DNA from: Zoogloeaceae bacterium
GTDB lineage: Bacteria; Pseudomonadota; Gammaproteobacteria; Burkholderiales; Rhodocyclaceae
DNA length: 64,000 bases
Direction: 5' to 3'
NCBI GenBank assembly: GCA_031256795.1
Contig: JAIRPW010000013.1
Span: forward strand, 21,039 to 85,038
Shown here: positions 1 to 10,241 of the stretch, in pieces
How positions within the stretch are numbered: position 1 is the stretch's first letter
How the letters are laid out: every line of letters starts with the position of its first letter
Position numbers and translations under genes: made by a program
The notes under the pieces: model-generated
Database searches by the model: none
Told to the model about the DNA's origin: nothing
What the model saw: only the letters and a program-made list of their open reading frames with translations

Positions 1-1933
1 GCGCCGGAATCCCGCCGCCCTCCACGATGGTATAGGCGTCATTTTTATCCGTACCCTCAATGCCGCGCATATGGCACACCCCGTTTTTCAGGCGGCAGGA
101 AAGTCCCATCCTGCGATAGCCAAAATCTGAAAACATGCGCAACACACTGGATTGCATCGCCGCCATCGCGCCGCCGCCGGAAAGCGATGTGACGTTATCC
201 ACCGCCTTTTGACTGATACGGCGAGGGTAGGAACCAGAACTGCTCAGCACGCGCGCCTCAAAAGCCACAGGCCGCCAGTTGGAAATTTCCAGCGCGGAAA
301 GATCGGCGTCCACAAAGCCCGTAATCTGTCCAAAGGAAAAAGTGCGCGTGACCTGTTCCAGGTCGAGATGCCGCGCCTCCAAATCCGCCAAAATGCGCGG
401 ACGAGCGCCCAGGGGATCAATAAACCGCAGCTTGCGGCAATGCAGATAGCCATCAAATACCCGGATAACCAGCGATCCGTCCAGCGCGGCCTCGCGGCGC
501 TCGTAGCGAATCAAAGGCAAATCCGCAGAAAGCGCTCCGCCCATTTTGGGCAATTCCAGGCGCTCGGTCAGGGTTTCCAGTGAAATGGGCGTAATGGAAA
601 GCCCCAGCGCGCCTTCCCATTCGCTTTCCTGCCCCGCTTTTTCCGCCAGGCCCGCCGCAAGGTGACGCACGACAAGCGCGCCGTCCAAAAGCGGGATCGT
701 GACCGGCTGCCGCAGGGCAAAACTTTTCTGCGGCCAAATCACAAAGGGAAGAGTGAACGCGCCGCCCTCAACCCGTCCCAATGAAAATTGACCGACGGAA
801 AGCGCGCCCAGACTTTCCTTTTGCGCCTGCCAGCTTACTTCCCCGGAAACGTCGCGGAACGCAACCCGCCCGTCCTCCAAAGTCAGCCCCGCTTTTTTTG
901 GCTGAATCGCCGCTTCGCGCAATTCCCCGCCCTGCCATTTCGCGGAAAACGCCAGTTCTCCCTCCAGCTGCAAACGCGGCTTCCCCAAACTGGCAAGCAA
1001 AGGAGAAATCACCGAATCGCTGAAAGGACGCAGCATCAGCGCGGGCGCTTGCAGCGACAAATCCTCCAGCGCCGCAAAACTTCCGCTCCCCCGCGCCGTA
1101 ATTTCGCCGATGCGCGGCAAAGACAACGCGGCGTTTTCCAGACGCCATCCCGTATCGGAAATCACTCCCGCAGCCTCAACGCGCTGCCCTTCCCCTTTGA
1201 GCAGCAAGGGAGCGCTGTACATCTGTCCGCCCCGCCATTGGAGATCGCCTTTCACGCGCCACGCGCCGCCCGGCGTTTCTTTTTGCCCCCCCAGCAAGAG
1301 CGTCATGTCCAATTTTTCCGCCGCGTAATGGCCGTCCGGCGCGGCGTAGCCGCCCTCCTGTATGGCCAGGTCAGCGGAAAAACGCGCCTTGTCGTACCGC
1401 GCCTGACCTGTGACGAGCCCAGAAGGCTTCCAGGCCAACCCCTCCGCCAAGGACGGCAGCAAAGCGAACAGCAGAGCGGGATTCGCGTTGACAAGCTCCA
1501 GCCGCGCCGCGCCGTCCCCCTGCAAAAACAAACGCCAAACCTCGTCGGCGCGCGGAGTGAGCGTAAGCTGCCATTCCTCCGCGCGGCGCGCCAAATCAAA
1601 CGCGATGGGGGGCTGTTTTTCCAGGCGCAGCATCCCTTCTTCACAGCGAAAATTCCCCGCCGCGACACTGAGTCGCCCGCATGTAACGCTCGTTTTCCGA
1701 AAGCGCCGCCCGGAAAATTCCAACTCCTCAATGAACAGATTGCCGCCCCGCTCTCCCAGCGCGACGCGCGCGCCGCGCAAAGAAAAAAGCGCGTGCCGAA
1801 TTTCCCCAATCTCCAGGGAAAAAGCCATCCGCGCCGTTTCCGCCCGCGCCAAAGAAGCGCCGGAAAAACAAAACGGCGCGCACAGGAAAAAAAGAACCGG
1901 AAGCTTCCAAAACAAGGAACGGAACACGAACAT
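1..1933 (-). CDS. YdbH-like / AsmA-like intermembrane lipid-transfer (dicarboxylate-transport-domain) protein, 3' end runs off the window
   Basis: Absent from the ORF track because no stop lies in the window. ATG at 1933, 6 nt past the cysM stop, gives an N-terminal signal/anchor MFVFRSLFWKLPVLFFLCAPFCFS. The distal part reads ...RRISQKAVDNVTSLSGGG...FSDFGYRRMGLSCRLKNGVCHMRGI...YTIVEGGGIP, typical of this family. Confidence 0.65.
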   Translation of the reverse strand, partial: MFVFRSLFWKLPVLFFLCAPFCFSGASLARAETARMAFSLEIGEIRHALFSLRGARVALGERGGNLFIEELEFSGRRFRKTSVTCGRLSVAAGNFRCEEGMLRLEKQPPIAFDLARRAEEWQLTLTPRADEVWRLFLQGDGAARLELVNANPALLFALLPSLAEGLAWKPSGLVTGQARYDKARFSADLAIQEGGYAAPDGHYAAEKLDMTLLLGGQKETPGGAWRVKGDLQWRGGQMYSAPLLLKGEGQRVEAAGVISDTGWRLENAALSLPRIGEITARGSGSFAALEDLSLQAPALMLRPFSDSVISPLLASLGKPRLQLEGELAFSAKWQGGELREAAIQPKKAGLTLEDGRVAFRDVSGEVSWQAQKESLGALSVGQFSLGRVEGGAFTLPFVIWPQKSFALRQPVTIPLLDGALVVRHLAAGLAEKAGQESEWEGALGLSITPISLETLTERLELPKMGGALSADLPLIRYERREAALDGSLVIRVFDGYLHCRKLRFIDPLGARPRILADLEARHLDLEQVTRTFSFGQITGFVDADLSALEISNWRPVAFEARVLSSSGSYPRRISQKAVDNVTSLSGGGAMAAMQSSVLRMFSDFGYRRMGLSCRLKNGVCHMRGIEGTDKNDAYTIVEGGGIPA

Positions 1934-1938
1934 GGACG

Positions 1939-2853
1939 TCAGGCGGGGAAAAGCCCCGTGGAAAGATAGCGATCCCCTCGGTCACAAACGACGCTTACAA
2001 AAATCGCGTCCCGCGCCGTTTGCGCCACGCGCAGCGCCGCCACAAGCGCCCCCCCGGAAGATACTCCCGCGAAGACGCCCTCCTCCCGCGCCAGACGCCG
2101 GGTCATGTCTTCCGCCTCGGCGGCGGAAACCTCCTCGGTTTGATCAATCAGGCCGTCCTCATAAATTTTGGGAAGATAGGCGGGAGGCCATTTACGTATC
2201 CCCGCAATCTGACTGCAATCGTCCGGCTGGCAGCCAATCACGCGAATGGCGGAATTTTTTTCTTTCAGAAAGCGCGCGACGCCCATCAAAGTACCCGTCG
2301 TGCCCGTAGCGGAAACAAAGTGGGTGACGCGCCCCTGCGTATCGCGCCAGATTTCCGGCCCCGTCCCTTCATAATGCGCGCGCGGATTGTCCAAATTGGC
2401 GAACTGATCCAGCACAATGCCCTTGCCCTCTTCCTGCATCTTGCAAGCCAAATCGCGCGCAAGTTCCATGCCGCCCTCCCTGGGCGTAAGAAACAATTCC
2501 GCGCCAAAAGCGCGCATGACCTGCCGCCGCTCCCGGCTCTGATTCTCCGGCATGATGAGCAGCAACCGGTATCCGCGCAGCGCGGACAGCATGGCGAGCG
2601 CAATGCCGGTATTTCCAGAAGTCGCCTCAATCAGCGTGTCGCCGGGACGAATATCGCCCCGCGCCTCCGCTTGCCGGATCATGGAAAGCGCGGGACGATC
2701 CTTGACAGAGCCGGCGGGATTGCCGCCCTCCAGTTTCACCAGAAAAAGATTATTCCGCGCCGCGTTCTCCGCGCCGGGCAGACGCCGCAAACGCACAAGC
2801 GGCGTGCCGCCTACATAATCCTCCAACGTCTTGAATTCCGGCGTCGCAGTCAT
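1939..2853 (-). CDS. cysM: Cysteine synthase B
   Basis: [15 protein letters not shown] (PLP Lys), [20 protein letters not shown]; start refined to MTATPEF. Confidence 0.93.
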   Translation of the reverse strand: MTATPEFKTLEDYVGGTPLVRLRRLPGAENAARNNLFLVKLEGGNPAGSVKDRPALSMIRQAEARGDIRPGDTLIEATSGNTGIALAMLSALRGYRLLLIMPENQSRERRQVMRAFGAELFLTPREGGMELARDLACKMQEEGKGIVLDQFANLDNPRAHYEGTGPEIWRDTQGRVTHFVSATGTTGTLMGVARFLKEKNSAIRVIGCQPDDCSQIAGIRKWPPAYLPKIYEDGLIDQTEEVSAAEAEDMTRRLAREEGVFAGVSSGGALVAALRVAQTARDAIFVSVVCDRGDRYLSTGLFPA

Positions 2854-3854
2854 GCCCCTCCCCCCAGGATGGCCATATACCGCGCCACACCTTCTTCTAC
2901 GCTGGAAAAAGGCGCGGCGTAGCCCGCCGCGCGCAAACGGGAAATATCCGCCTCGGTAAAAGCCTGATACTTGCCTTTTAAAGCGTCTGGAAAAGGAACG
3001 TATTCCAAAAGCCCGCGCCGGACAATTTCCGCCAGTTCCAGCGGCGGCTCCCCCGACAGGGCGCGGCAACCGTTAATGGCGGAGACGGCAACCTCATTGA
3101 AACTCTGCGCCCGCCCGCTGCCCAGATTAAAAATCCCCGAACAAGCCGGATGATCCAGGAAAAAAAGATTGACCCGCGCGACGTCTCCCACCCAAACGAA
3201 ATCCCGCCGCTGCTCGCCAGAAGCGTAACCATGCGAACCTTCAAAAAGACGCACTTTTCCCGCTTCCCTGAATTGCGAAAAATGATGAAAAGCAACCGAC
3301 GCCATGCGCGCCTTATGCTGCTCACGCGGACCGTAAACGTTGAAATAGCGCAGCCCCACAACCTGGCTTGCCGCGTCCGGCAAACGTTGGCGCACAATCT
3401 GATCCAACAGAAACTTGGAATACCCATACACATTCAGCGGCGCCTCATATTCGCGCGCCTCCCGAAAAATTCCGCCGCCCCCATACGTCGCCGCGCTGGA
3501 AGCGTAAATCAGCGGAACTCCCCGCTCCAGACACCAATCCAGCAAGATGACGGAATAACGATAATTGTTCTCCATCATGTAACGGCCATTGGTCTCCATG
3601 GTGTCGGAACACGCGCCCTGATGCAGAATCGCCTCCACCCCGCCCTCGTAATGCCCGCTCTGAATCCGGCGGAGAAACTCTTCCTTATCCAGATAATCCG
3701 CGATCTCGCAATCTACGAGATTCTGGAATTTTTCCGCGCGGGAAAGGTTATCAACCGCGAGAATACGATCAACGCCTCGATCATTCAGGGCGCGCACGAG
3801 ATTTGAACCAATAAACCCGGCGGCGCCTGTGACAACAATGTATTTGGAAGACAT
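2850..3854 (-). CDS. hldD: ADP-L-glycero-D-manno-heptose 6-epimerase
   Basis: [44 protein letters not shown]. Confidence 0.95.
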   Translation of the reverse strand: MSSKYIVVTGAAGFIGSNLVRALNDRGVDRILAVDNLSRAEKFQNLVDCEIADYLDKEEFLRRIQSGHYEGGVEAILHQGACSDTMETNGRYMMENNYRYSVILLDWCLERGVPLIYASSAATYGGGGIFREAREYEAPLNVYGYSKFLLDQIVRQRLPDAASQVVGLRYFNVYGPREQHKARMASVAFHHFSQFREAGKVRLFEGSHGYASGEQRRDFVWVGDVARVNLFFLDHPACSGIFNLGSGRAQSFNEVAVSAINGCRALSGEPPLELAEIVRRGLLEYVPFPDALKGKYQAFTEADISRLRAAGYAAPFSSVEEGVARYMAILGGGA

Positions 3855-3942
3855 AGGGAAAGAAACACAGGAAAATGAAGACGCTCAAATCGCAGTCTAC
3901 GCCTTTTTGCGCGCGTGAAACATCTTGCTTACAAACGTAAAC

Positions 3943-4818
3943 TCAACGCAGCAGCTCTCTGAGCAATCTACCGTTGATATGTGCCTGCGTCCGCTGCAAA
4001 TCAGGCAATTCTTCCGGCAAAACGGCGGGCTGGCCATCCAGCGCGCTCAGCCAGCGTTTCCAGCGGGCGCGGTAGCGGTACAAAGAAACCTCCCCGGTAA
4101 TGTCGCTGCCCGCCAGACAAGGACGGGCGGCGGTAATCACCGTCTGCAAATGCTCCGGGAAAAAACATCCCTGATCCCAGTTGGTGCGCGCCACGCGCGC
4201 GTCCAGCACGTCTTTGTCAATGGAAAGATAAAGGGGAGAGGTTTCGGCGGCAAGTTCCTCTTGCAACGCGGCAACGAGGCTTCCGGCGTCCGGGAACATT
4301 CGCGCCGCGCCGCCGCGCCGCGCGAATATCCGCGTCCAGCCTGCCTTGACCCCAATCGTCCAATAGCGAACGCGGCCGCGGGCAAGCCCTTCCAGGCAAT
4401 TTTCCCAGGCGCGCCCAAGGCTCGCGTCCGCAGAGCAAATGCCGACGACGTCAATGCGCGCAATTTGCGGCAACCGCGCAAGCCACGCGACCCAGGAACC
4501 GCAATGAACGCCAAAAGGGAAACGCATATTGTCAGGATGATTGTCGCAGACAAGAACGCGCAGCTTTCCATACCGCCTTGCCAGACGCGCGGCCAGCAGG
4601 GCGCTGATATGGTGAAAGTCCCCGCTGCCCAGTAACACAGGGCCATGTTTCTCCGGCAGAGAAGAAAGAAAGGCCGAAACATCGCGCCAGACACGCGGCG
4701 TACAGCTAAAACGAACGCGCTCCTGCCAGTCAGAAAGATCAATCCGCCAAAGATCCTGTCCATCCGCCCGGCAGGAGCCGTCAAAATCCAGCGCGACCGG
4801 GAGGGAATCGTCACTCAT
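3943..4818 (-). CDS. Arginase/ureohydrolase-fold metallohydrolase, function unknown
   Basis: GSGDFHH, CDNHPD (DxHxD) and SIDKDVLD motifs of the arginase fold; last gene of the eight-gene cluster. Confidence 0.65.
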   Translation of the reverse strand: MSDDSLPVALDFDGSCRADGQDLWRIDLSDWQERVRFSCTPRVWRDVSAFLSSLPEKHGPVLLGSGDFHHISALLAARLARRYGKLRVLVCDNHPDNMRFPFGVHCGSWVAWLARLPQIARIDVVGICSADASLGRAWENCLEGLARGRVRYWTIGVKAGWTRIFARRGGAARMFPDAGSLVAALQEELAAETSPLYLSIDKDVLDARVARTNWDQGCFFPEHLQTVITAARPCLAGSDITGEVSLYRYRARWKRWLSALDGQPAVLPEELPDLQRTQAHINGRLLRELLR

Positions 4819-5918
4819 CGCGGACTATCCAGCCACTGTTTGTCTGCTTCAAAGCATCCGGCGATACGCCGTAAAATGAAATGGAACAAAGGGTTTTTCC
4901 CATACACCGCATGGCGCGTGAGCGTAAATTTCGCTCCCAGCGCGGCTTTCACTTCCGGGTCTGTCCAGCCCGCGACATAGCAGCGCAAACCCTCGCGCCG
5001 CGCGTAGGCAAGATTTTCCATCCAGCTCACGAAATACAGGTTATTTTCCCGCGCCATCGGATAACGAAATCCAATGGTCTTGTCGACCAGCATTCCATCG
5101 TACACAAAACACAAATTGAAGCCGATGGGCAAATCCCCAAGAAAATACAGAAAAACGCGCCCGTTGAGAGTTTCATCCGCCAGCACCGCCTGAAAATAGG
5201 CGACCGTCAACCGGTCAAAATGCGTATCACTCTGCGCGAAAACCTCTACATATTGCGCGTAAATTTCCGCCAGCACTTCCGGACGCCGCAGGTAATCGTC
5301 GCCCGTAGCGTAAATCTCTATCCGCAGCCGCTCGCGGCGACGCAATTTTCGGCGAATATCACGGCGGCGGGCAGACGAAAGCCGCGCGAGGTACTCTTCC
5401 TCATTGGCAAAGTCAATGGGAACCCAGGCAAGCGCCATTCCTTCGACGATAAAAAATCCCGCCGCGCGGCAGGCGTCGGCCACACGATCCGCCAAACGGT
5501 TCGCCTCCGGGGAAAGAAACGGCGCGTTACAGGCAATGTCCTTGACTATCAACAAGGCGGACTCCCGGTTCCATGCCCGCAACATACTTTGTACGCTCTC
5601 TTCGGGCGGTTCAGACGGCAGCGGGCAAAACTCGCTGACTGTGCTGCCCAGAAAACAGGTTTGCCAGGAAAGCCCGCGCCGCCAAAATCGTTTTCCCGGC
5701 AATTTGGCAAGAAACTTCCGCGTTTTTCCATCCGCCGTCGTAAGTAAATCGTAATTCGCCCAAAAGCCGGGAATGCCGCAGGAACAAGTAAATGTCCGAA
5801 AATCTTCGGGAGGATGGCGCAAAAAATGCCCGACCAGAGCCGCCGACTCCGCGCCGCACAGCCAGGACGGCATTTTCACGGCAGACGAAAAATCGGAAAC
5901 ATCGGGCGGCGTATTCAT
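4815..5918 (-). CDS. FemAB-like / GNAT-fold transferase
   Basis: YLARLSSARRRDIRRKLR and GFRYPMARENNLYFVSWMENL...YVAGWTDPEVKAALGA are typical of FemAB-like GNAT proteins; 4-bp overlaps with both neighbours. Confidence 0.65.
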   Translation of the reverse strand: MNTPPDVSDFSSAVKMPSWLCGAESAALVGHFLRHPPEDFRTFTCSCGIPGFWANYDLLTTADGKTRKFLAKLPGKRFWRRGLSWQTCFLGSTVSEFCPLPSEPPEESVQSMLRAWNRESALLIVKDIACNAPFLSPEANRLADRVADACRAAGFFIVEGMALAWVPIDFANEEEYLARLSSARRRDIRRKLRRRERLRIEIYATGDDYLRRPEVLAEIYAQYVEVFAQSDTHFDRLTVAYFQAVLADETLNGRVFLYFLGDLPIGFNLCFVYDGMLVDKTIGFRYPMARENNLYFVSWMENLAYARREGLRCYVAGWTDPEVKAALGAKFTLTRHAVYGKNPLFHFILRRIAGCFEADKQWLDSPR

Positions 5919-7123
5919 CCGGCCAAACTCTCTTCAAGAACCGCCGTGATCCGTGAAAAACCGGCGTCCGAAAGCCATAAACTATTGGTCACGGTCAGAG
6001 ATCGCGCCGCAAGACTGCGGGCGCGGTCGCATCCGGCCTGCGCGATCTCCGGCGTCAAAGGACGCAGATATGCATAATCGGGCAGCGCGTGGATAAATAA
6101 GCGCGTAACGCCCAGGCCCGCTCCCCACAGAATTTTGAGGGCGTCGTCCCGCGTTTTTTCGTCCGGCAAGCGCAGCAAAAAAAACGGCCAGACGCCTTTT
6201 TCGCCCTCCCTGTCGCGGAATACGCGCACACCGGACAGCGCGTCCAGCGCGGCAAGGCGGCGTTTCGCCCGCTCTTCCGTTTGTCGCTGAAAATCTCGCA
6301 GACGAGCAAGCGCGCGGCATCCGATCCCCTGCCGCCATCGGCTTACACGATGAAGAGGAATAGCAGGCGAAAAAATATCGCCCGCCGCCGACAGGAAATC
6401 CCCTCTTTTCAGCGCGCGGCGCAGAGGCTGGCCATATACCCAGGGCAAAAGGGCGGGACGATAAAAAAGCATATACGCCATCAATTCAAGTCCGCGCCGA
6501 AATTCCATGCCGCCGTCTTGCGCAAGAAAATCCCCCGCTGTTCGTGAAAATTCCGCCGCCAGCGCCGCGTCCCGCGTCACCCATACACCGCCCTCGTACA
6601 AGCTCAAACCCTTGCCGACGGCAAAGCTAAAAAACCCGGCGTCGCCAGCAAGCCCGACGCTTTGGCCATTCCGCTTCGCGCCAAAGGCCTGCGCGGCGTC
6701 CTCAACAACAAACGCGCCGTGCTTTTGCGCGATTGTTCGCGCGCTATCCACATCCGCCGCGCGCCCCGCGAGATGCGTAGGCAAAAGAGCGAGCGTATCC
6801 GCGTCGCACAGTCTGGCGAGCGCCTCCGGGTCAAAGTCCAGGCCATCCTCCGCCAGATCGCAAAGGCGCAGAGAAAGCCCGCAACGCGCCACGGCCAACG
6901 CCACCAGAGGACAGGTCCAAGCCGGCGCGATGACCGTTCGCCGCCCGGAAAGACGATGGAGCGTCGTTAAAATCACGATCAGACACGCCGTGCCTGACGA
7001 GGCCAGACCGCCGCGCGGCGCGCCAAGAAACTCCCGCGCGGCAGCGGCAAAATCTCCGCCCGCGCCGAAAAAATCGCCCCACAGAAGGGGCAAACCCGCT
7101 GTGGGCGGCATTTCTGTTTTCAA
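5915..7123 (-). CDS. DegT/DnrJ/EryC1/StrS family PLP-dependent aminotransferase
   Basis: VVEDAAQAFG and GFFSFAVGKGLSLYEGG (PLP Lys retained). Confidence 0.85.
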   Translation of the reverse strand: MKTEMPPTAGLPLLWGDFFGAGGDFAAAAREFLGAPRGGLASSGTACLIVILTTLHRLSGRRTVIAPAWTCPLVALAVARCGLSLRLCDLAEDGLDFDPEALARLCDADTLALLPTHLAGRAADVDSARTIAQKHGAFVVEDAAQAFGAKRNGQSVGLAGDAGFFSFAVGKGLSLYEGGVWVTRDAALAAEFSRTAGDFLAQDGGMEFRRGLELMAYMLFYRPALLPWVYGQPLRRALKRGDFLSAAGDIFSPAIPLHRVSRWRQGIGCRALARLRDFQRQTEERAKRRLAALDALSGVRVFRDREGEKGVWPFFLLRLPDEKTRDDALKILWGAGLGVTRLFIHALPDYAYLRPLTPEIAQAGCDRARSLAARSLTVTNSLWLSDAGFSRITAVLEESLAG

Positions 7124-7515
7124 GGCTTTTCCTTCGCCGCTTCGGAAGTCTCGTCACGCGCCAGAAAAAACACCCCTCCCAGAATCAGCGCCGCGCCCAA
7201 ATACTGCACGCCAGACAACACTTCGCCGAATAGCGGAACAGAAACCACCATGACTCCAATGACCTCTAGATGCGAAGCGGCAAACGCGGGGCCGACCGGA
7301 ATATGACGCAAAAGAGTCATCCAGGTGACAAACGCGCCAAGGTAGCCAAAAATTGAGCAATACACCCAGGGCGTAGTCAAAGCGCGCAGCAGCCACGGCC
7401 AGTCAAACGTAAGCGGCGCGGCATGAATCGCCGTGAGCTTGAAGCATACCTGCGCGAAGGTATCAAACAGCAAAAGCGCCAAAAAACCGCTGAGGAAGAA
7501 AGCGCGCGGACTCAT
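7120..7515 (-). CDS. SMR/EamA (ArnE/F-like) small membrane transporter subunit
   Basis: 131 aa, four hydrophobic helices, AQVCFK and LFGE motifs; start refined to MSPRAFF. Confidence 0.75.
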   Translation of the reverse strand: MSPRAFFLSGFLALLLFDTFAQVCFKLTAIHAAPLTFDWPWLLRALTTPWVYCSIFGYLGAFVTWMTLLRHIPVGPAFAASHLEVIGVMVVSVPLFGEVLSGVQYLGAALILGGVFFLARDETSEAAKEKP

Positions 7516-7519
7516 CGCC

Positions 7520-7885
7520 TCATCCCCCCGCGCCCACCAGCGCCACGCCGGCCAAAATAAGACTGACGCCCGCAAGACGGCCGCGGGTAAAACGCTCACC
7601 GAACCACAGGCGTCCGCCCAGCATCACCGCGACAATCCCCGCCATGCCCAGCAAAACGCCAACCGCCAGCGGCACGGTAGAAAGAAACGCAAGCCAGGCG
7701 ATAAATTCCGCAACATACGCCAGCGCGCCCAAATAAATCCACGGGCGTCCCAGCATATGCCGCCAGTGCGCCCAGCCCCGCGCCTTGGTATTTTCAATGG
7801 CGGCTTTCTTAAACGCCAATTGGCCGCACGTGTCGGTGACAAGATTCACCGCCCAGAGCAAAAAGATGAGCGTGGCGTTTGTCAT
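7520..7885 (-). CDS. SMR/EamA (ArnE/F-like) small membrane transporter subunit
   Basis: 121 aa, four TM helices, GQLAFKKA and WFGERF; start refined to MTNATL. Confidence 0.75.
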   Translation of the reverse strand: MTNATLIFLLWAVNLVTDTCGQLAFKKAAIENTKARGWAHWRHMLGRPWIYLGALAYVAEFIAWLAFLSTVPLAVGVLLGMAGIVAVMLGGRLWFGERFTRGRLAGVSLILAGVALVGAGG

Positions 7886-7910
7886 TGCGCCGCTTCCGTC
7901 TTTCGCGCGC

Positions 7911-8750
7911 TCAAGAAAGCGCCGACTCCGCCGCTTTTTCGCGCGCCAGCACGCGCCGGAAAAAATCCGCCGAACGCGCGACAACGACCGTCTTTTCCTG
8001 ATCAACCGTAATCATGTGATAGCTGTTGGCAAGAATGACCGTTTCGACAGGCGCGCCCAAAGAACGCTGGATAAGAAACACGTTTTTCAGGCTCGCTACG
8101 TCATCCTCTCGCGCGTGCAGGGCAAGCGCGGGCGCGCGGACACGATGCAAATTCTTTTGCACGTCGCGGGAAAGCCGGAAAAATTGCTCCAGCGACGGCC
8201 AGGGATTGCCGGGCAAACCGGCTGCCCGCGCGTCTCCGGCGAGCATCTTGCCCGCAATGATCCTCCGCAGCCGCTCGTTTTTGACGCCGTATGGCTCGCT
8301 TTCCATGAAGACAAGATTTCGCCCAAACCCCAGCCGGACAAAAAACGCAAGCAGCGGCGTCAAGGACGTCCAATAGCGCGGAACGCTCCAGCCATCATAA
8401 AAAAAAGTGGCGCCGTACAGCCCCAGGCCGGAGGTCTTTTCAGGATGCTCAATGGCATACTTGATCGCCAGCACGGCGCCCATCGAAAGCCCCGCCACAA
8501 AAAGATGATCCACCCTCTGGCGCAAAACTTCGGCGGCCTCCTCAACGCTGGCAAACCAATCGCGCCAGCCTGTGGCAAGCAAATCCGCCTCGCTGCCGCA
8601 GTGCCCCGCCAGACGCACGCACTCCGTCTCAAAACCCTCCGCCATAAGACCGCGCGCCACAAAGCGCATTTCACTGGGCGTACCCGTCAAACCGTGAATC
8701 AGCAAGACGCCCGCGCGGCCAGAAGAAAGAATCGGAGGAGTTGATTTCAT
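7911..8750 (-). CDS. Alpha/beta hydrolase (carboxylesterase-like)
   Basis: LIHGLTG oxyanion loop, GLSMG nucleophile, HAREDD acid, SYHMIT His. Confidence 0.85.
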   Translation of the reverse strand: MKSTPPILSSGRAGVLLIHGLTGTPSEMRFVARGLMAEGFETECVRLAGHCGSEADLLATGWRDWFASVEEAAEVLRQRVDHLFVAGLSMGAVLAIKYAIEHPEKTSGLGLYGATFFYDGWSVPRYWTSLTPLLAFFVRLGFGRNLVFMESEPYGVKNERLRRIIAGKMLAGDARAAGLPGNPWPSLEQFFRLSRDVQKNLHRVRAPALALHAREDDVASLKNVFLIQRSLGAPVETVILANSYHMITVDQEKTVVVARSADFFRRVLAREKAAESALS

Positions 8751-8844
8751 GAGGATGTAATCGCCTTATCGGTTTTTGCCGCGAAAACACATTCCGGGTA
8801 TACGTAAAAAACCAAGAAAACCCTCCGAATCTCCGTCCTGCCGC

Positions 8845-10215
8845 TCATCCTCGTTTGGCGCGGACGAGAAGCTGGTCAAGCAACGCTATCGCCAGATCAA
8901 TTTCTTCCTCGCTAATATGTAGCGAAGGCGCAAAGGTGATGACATTCTTGTAATACCCGCCCACGTCCAACACAAGCCCCATGCGCTTGCCTTTATGCTC
9001 CAGCCCGCCCGCAAGGCCAATTCCCACCATTTTATCGAGCAGGGCCTTGTTGGGCGCAAACCCGTCCGCAGCGCAAATTTCGGCACGCAGCGCAAGGCCC
9101 AGGCCATCCACGTCGCCAATTTCAGGATGACGCTTTTGCAAATCACGCAACCCAGAGAGAAAACGCGCGCCCTTTTCCCTGACCATCGTTTCATAATCCG
9201 TCTCCGCCAGCATCCGCATGGTTTCCAAACCCACCGCCGTACCCAGCGGATTGGACGCGAAGGTCGAATGCGTGGAGCCGGGCGGGAAAATTTGCGGATG
9301 GATTAGCTCCTCGCGCGCCCACAGGCCCGCCAGCGGATTCAATCCGTTCGTCAGCGCCTTGCCGAACACCAGCACGTCCGGAGTCACGCCGAAGTGCTCA
9401 ATTGCCCAGAGTTTTCCGGTACGGTAAAACCCCATCTGAATTTCGTCGACTACAAGCAAAATATCGTATTGATCCAAGACACGCTTGAGGCCTTTGAAAA
9501 AATTGGACGGCGGAATCACGTAACCGCCCGTACCCTGAATCGGCTCAATATAAAACGCGGCATATTCCGACTGCTCCGCCTTTGGGTCCCACACTCCGTT
9601 GTATTCAGATTCAAAAAGACGCTCAAAGTAGCGCACGCATTCTTCGCCGTATTCTTCCTTGCCCATCCCCCTGGGGCCGCGAAAGTGGTAAGGAAACGGG
9701 ATGAAATAGGCGCGATCCCCGAAATGCCCGTAACGACGACGATAGCGATAGCTTGAGGTGATCGCCGAAGCGCCCAGCGTGCGTCCGTGATAGCCGCCCT
9801 CAAACGCAAACATCAGGCTTTTGCCCCCTTTGGCGTTGCGCACGAGTTTCAGCGAATCATCAATGGCTTGCGATCCGCCCACATTAAAATGAATGCGTCC
9901 GTCCAATCCCCATTTTTGCTTCGCGTCCTGCGCGATCCGTTTCGCCAATTCAATTTTTGTCGGATGCAGATATTGGCTCGCAACCTGCGGCAGGGTCTCA
10001 ATTTGCCGCTTGAGCGCGGCAGACAAACGCGGATTGGCATAGCCGAAATTGACGGCGGAATACCACATCTGCAAATCAAGAAAAGGAATGCCTTCCGCGT
10101 CAAATAAATAACTGCCTTCGCAACGCGCGAAAATCTTCGGCGGCTCCGTGTAGTGCACGGTATCGCCAAACGAGCAGTATCGCGCCTCGTCGGAAAGCAG
10201 GTCAGGGGAACTCAT
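8845..10215 (-). CDS. Class III PLP aminotransferase
   Basis: FEGGYHGRT, EPIQGTGG, DEIQMGFYRTG, FGKALTNG, HSTFASNP. Confidence 0.9.
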   Translation of the reverse strand: MSSPDLLSDEARYCSFGDTVHYTEPPKIFARCEGSYLFDAEGIPFLDLQMWYSAVNFGYANPRLSAALKRQIETLPQVASQYLHPTKIELAKRIAQDAKQKWGLDGRIHFNVGGSQAIDDSLKLVRNAKGGKSLMFAFEGGYHGRTLGASAITSSYRYRRRYGHFGDRAYFIPFPYHFRGPRGMGKEEYGEECVRYFERLFESEYNGVWDPKAEQSEYAAFYIEPIQGTGGYVIPPSNFFKGLKRVLDQYDILLVVDEIQMGFYRTGKLWAIEHFGVTPDVLVFGKALTNGLNPLAGLWAREELIHPQIFPPGSTHSTFASNPLGTAVGLETMRMLAETDYETMVREKGARFLSGLRDLQKRHPEIGDVDGLGLALRAEICAADGFAPNKALLDKMVGIGLAGGLEHKGKRMGLVLDVGGYYKNVITFAPSLHISEEEIDLAIALLDQLLVRAKRG

Positions 10216-10241
10216 GACAACGTACTCCAAAATCAGTTATT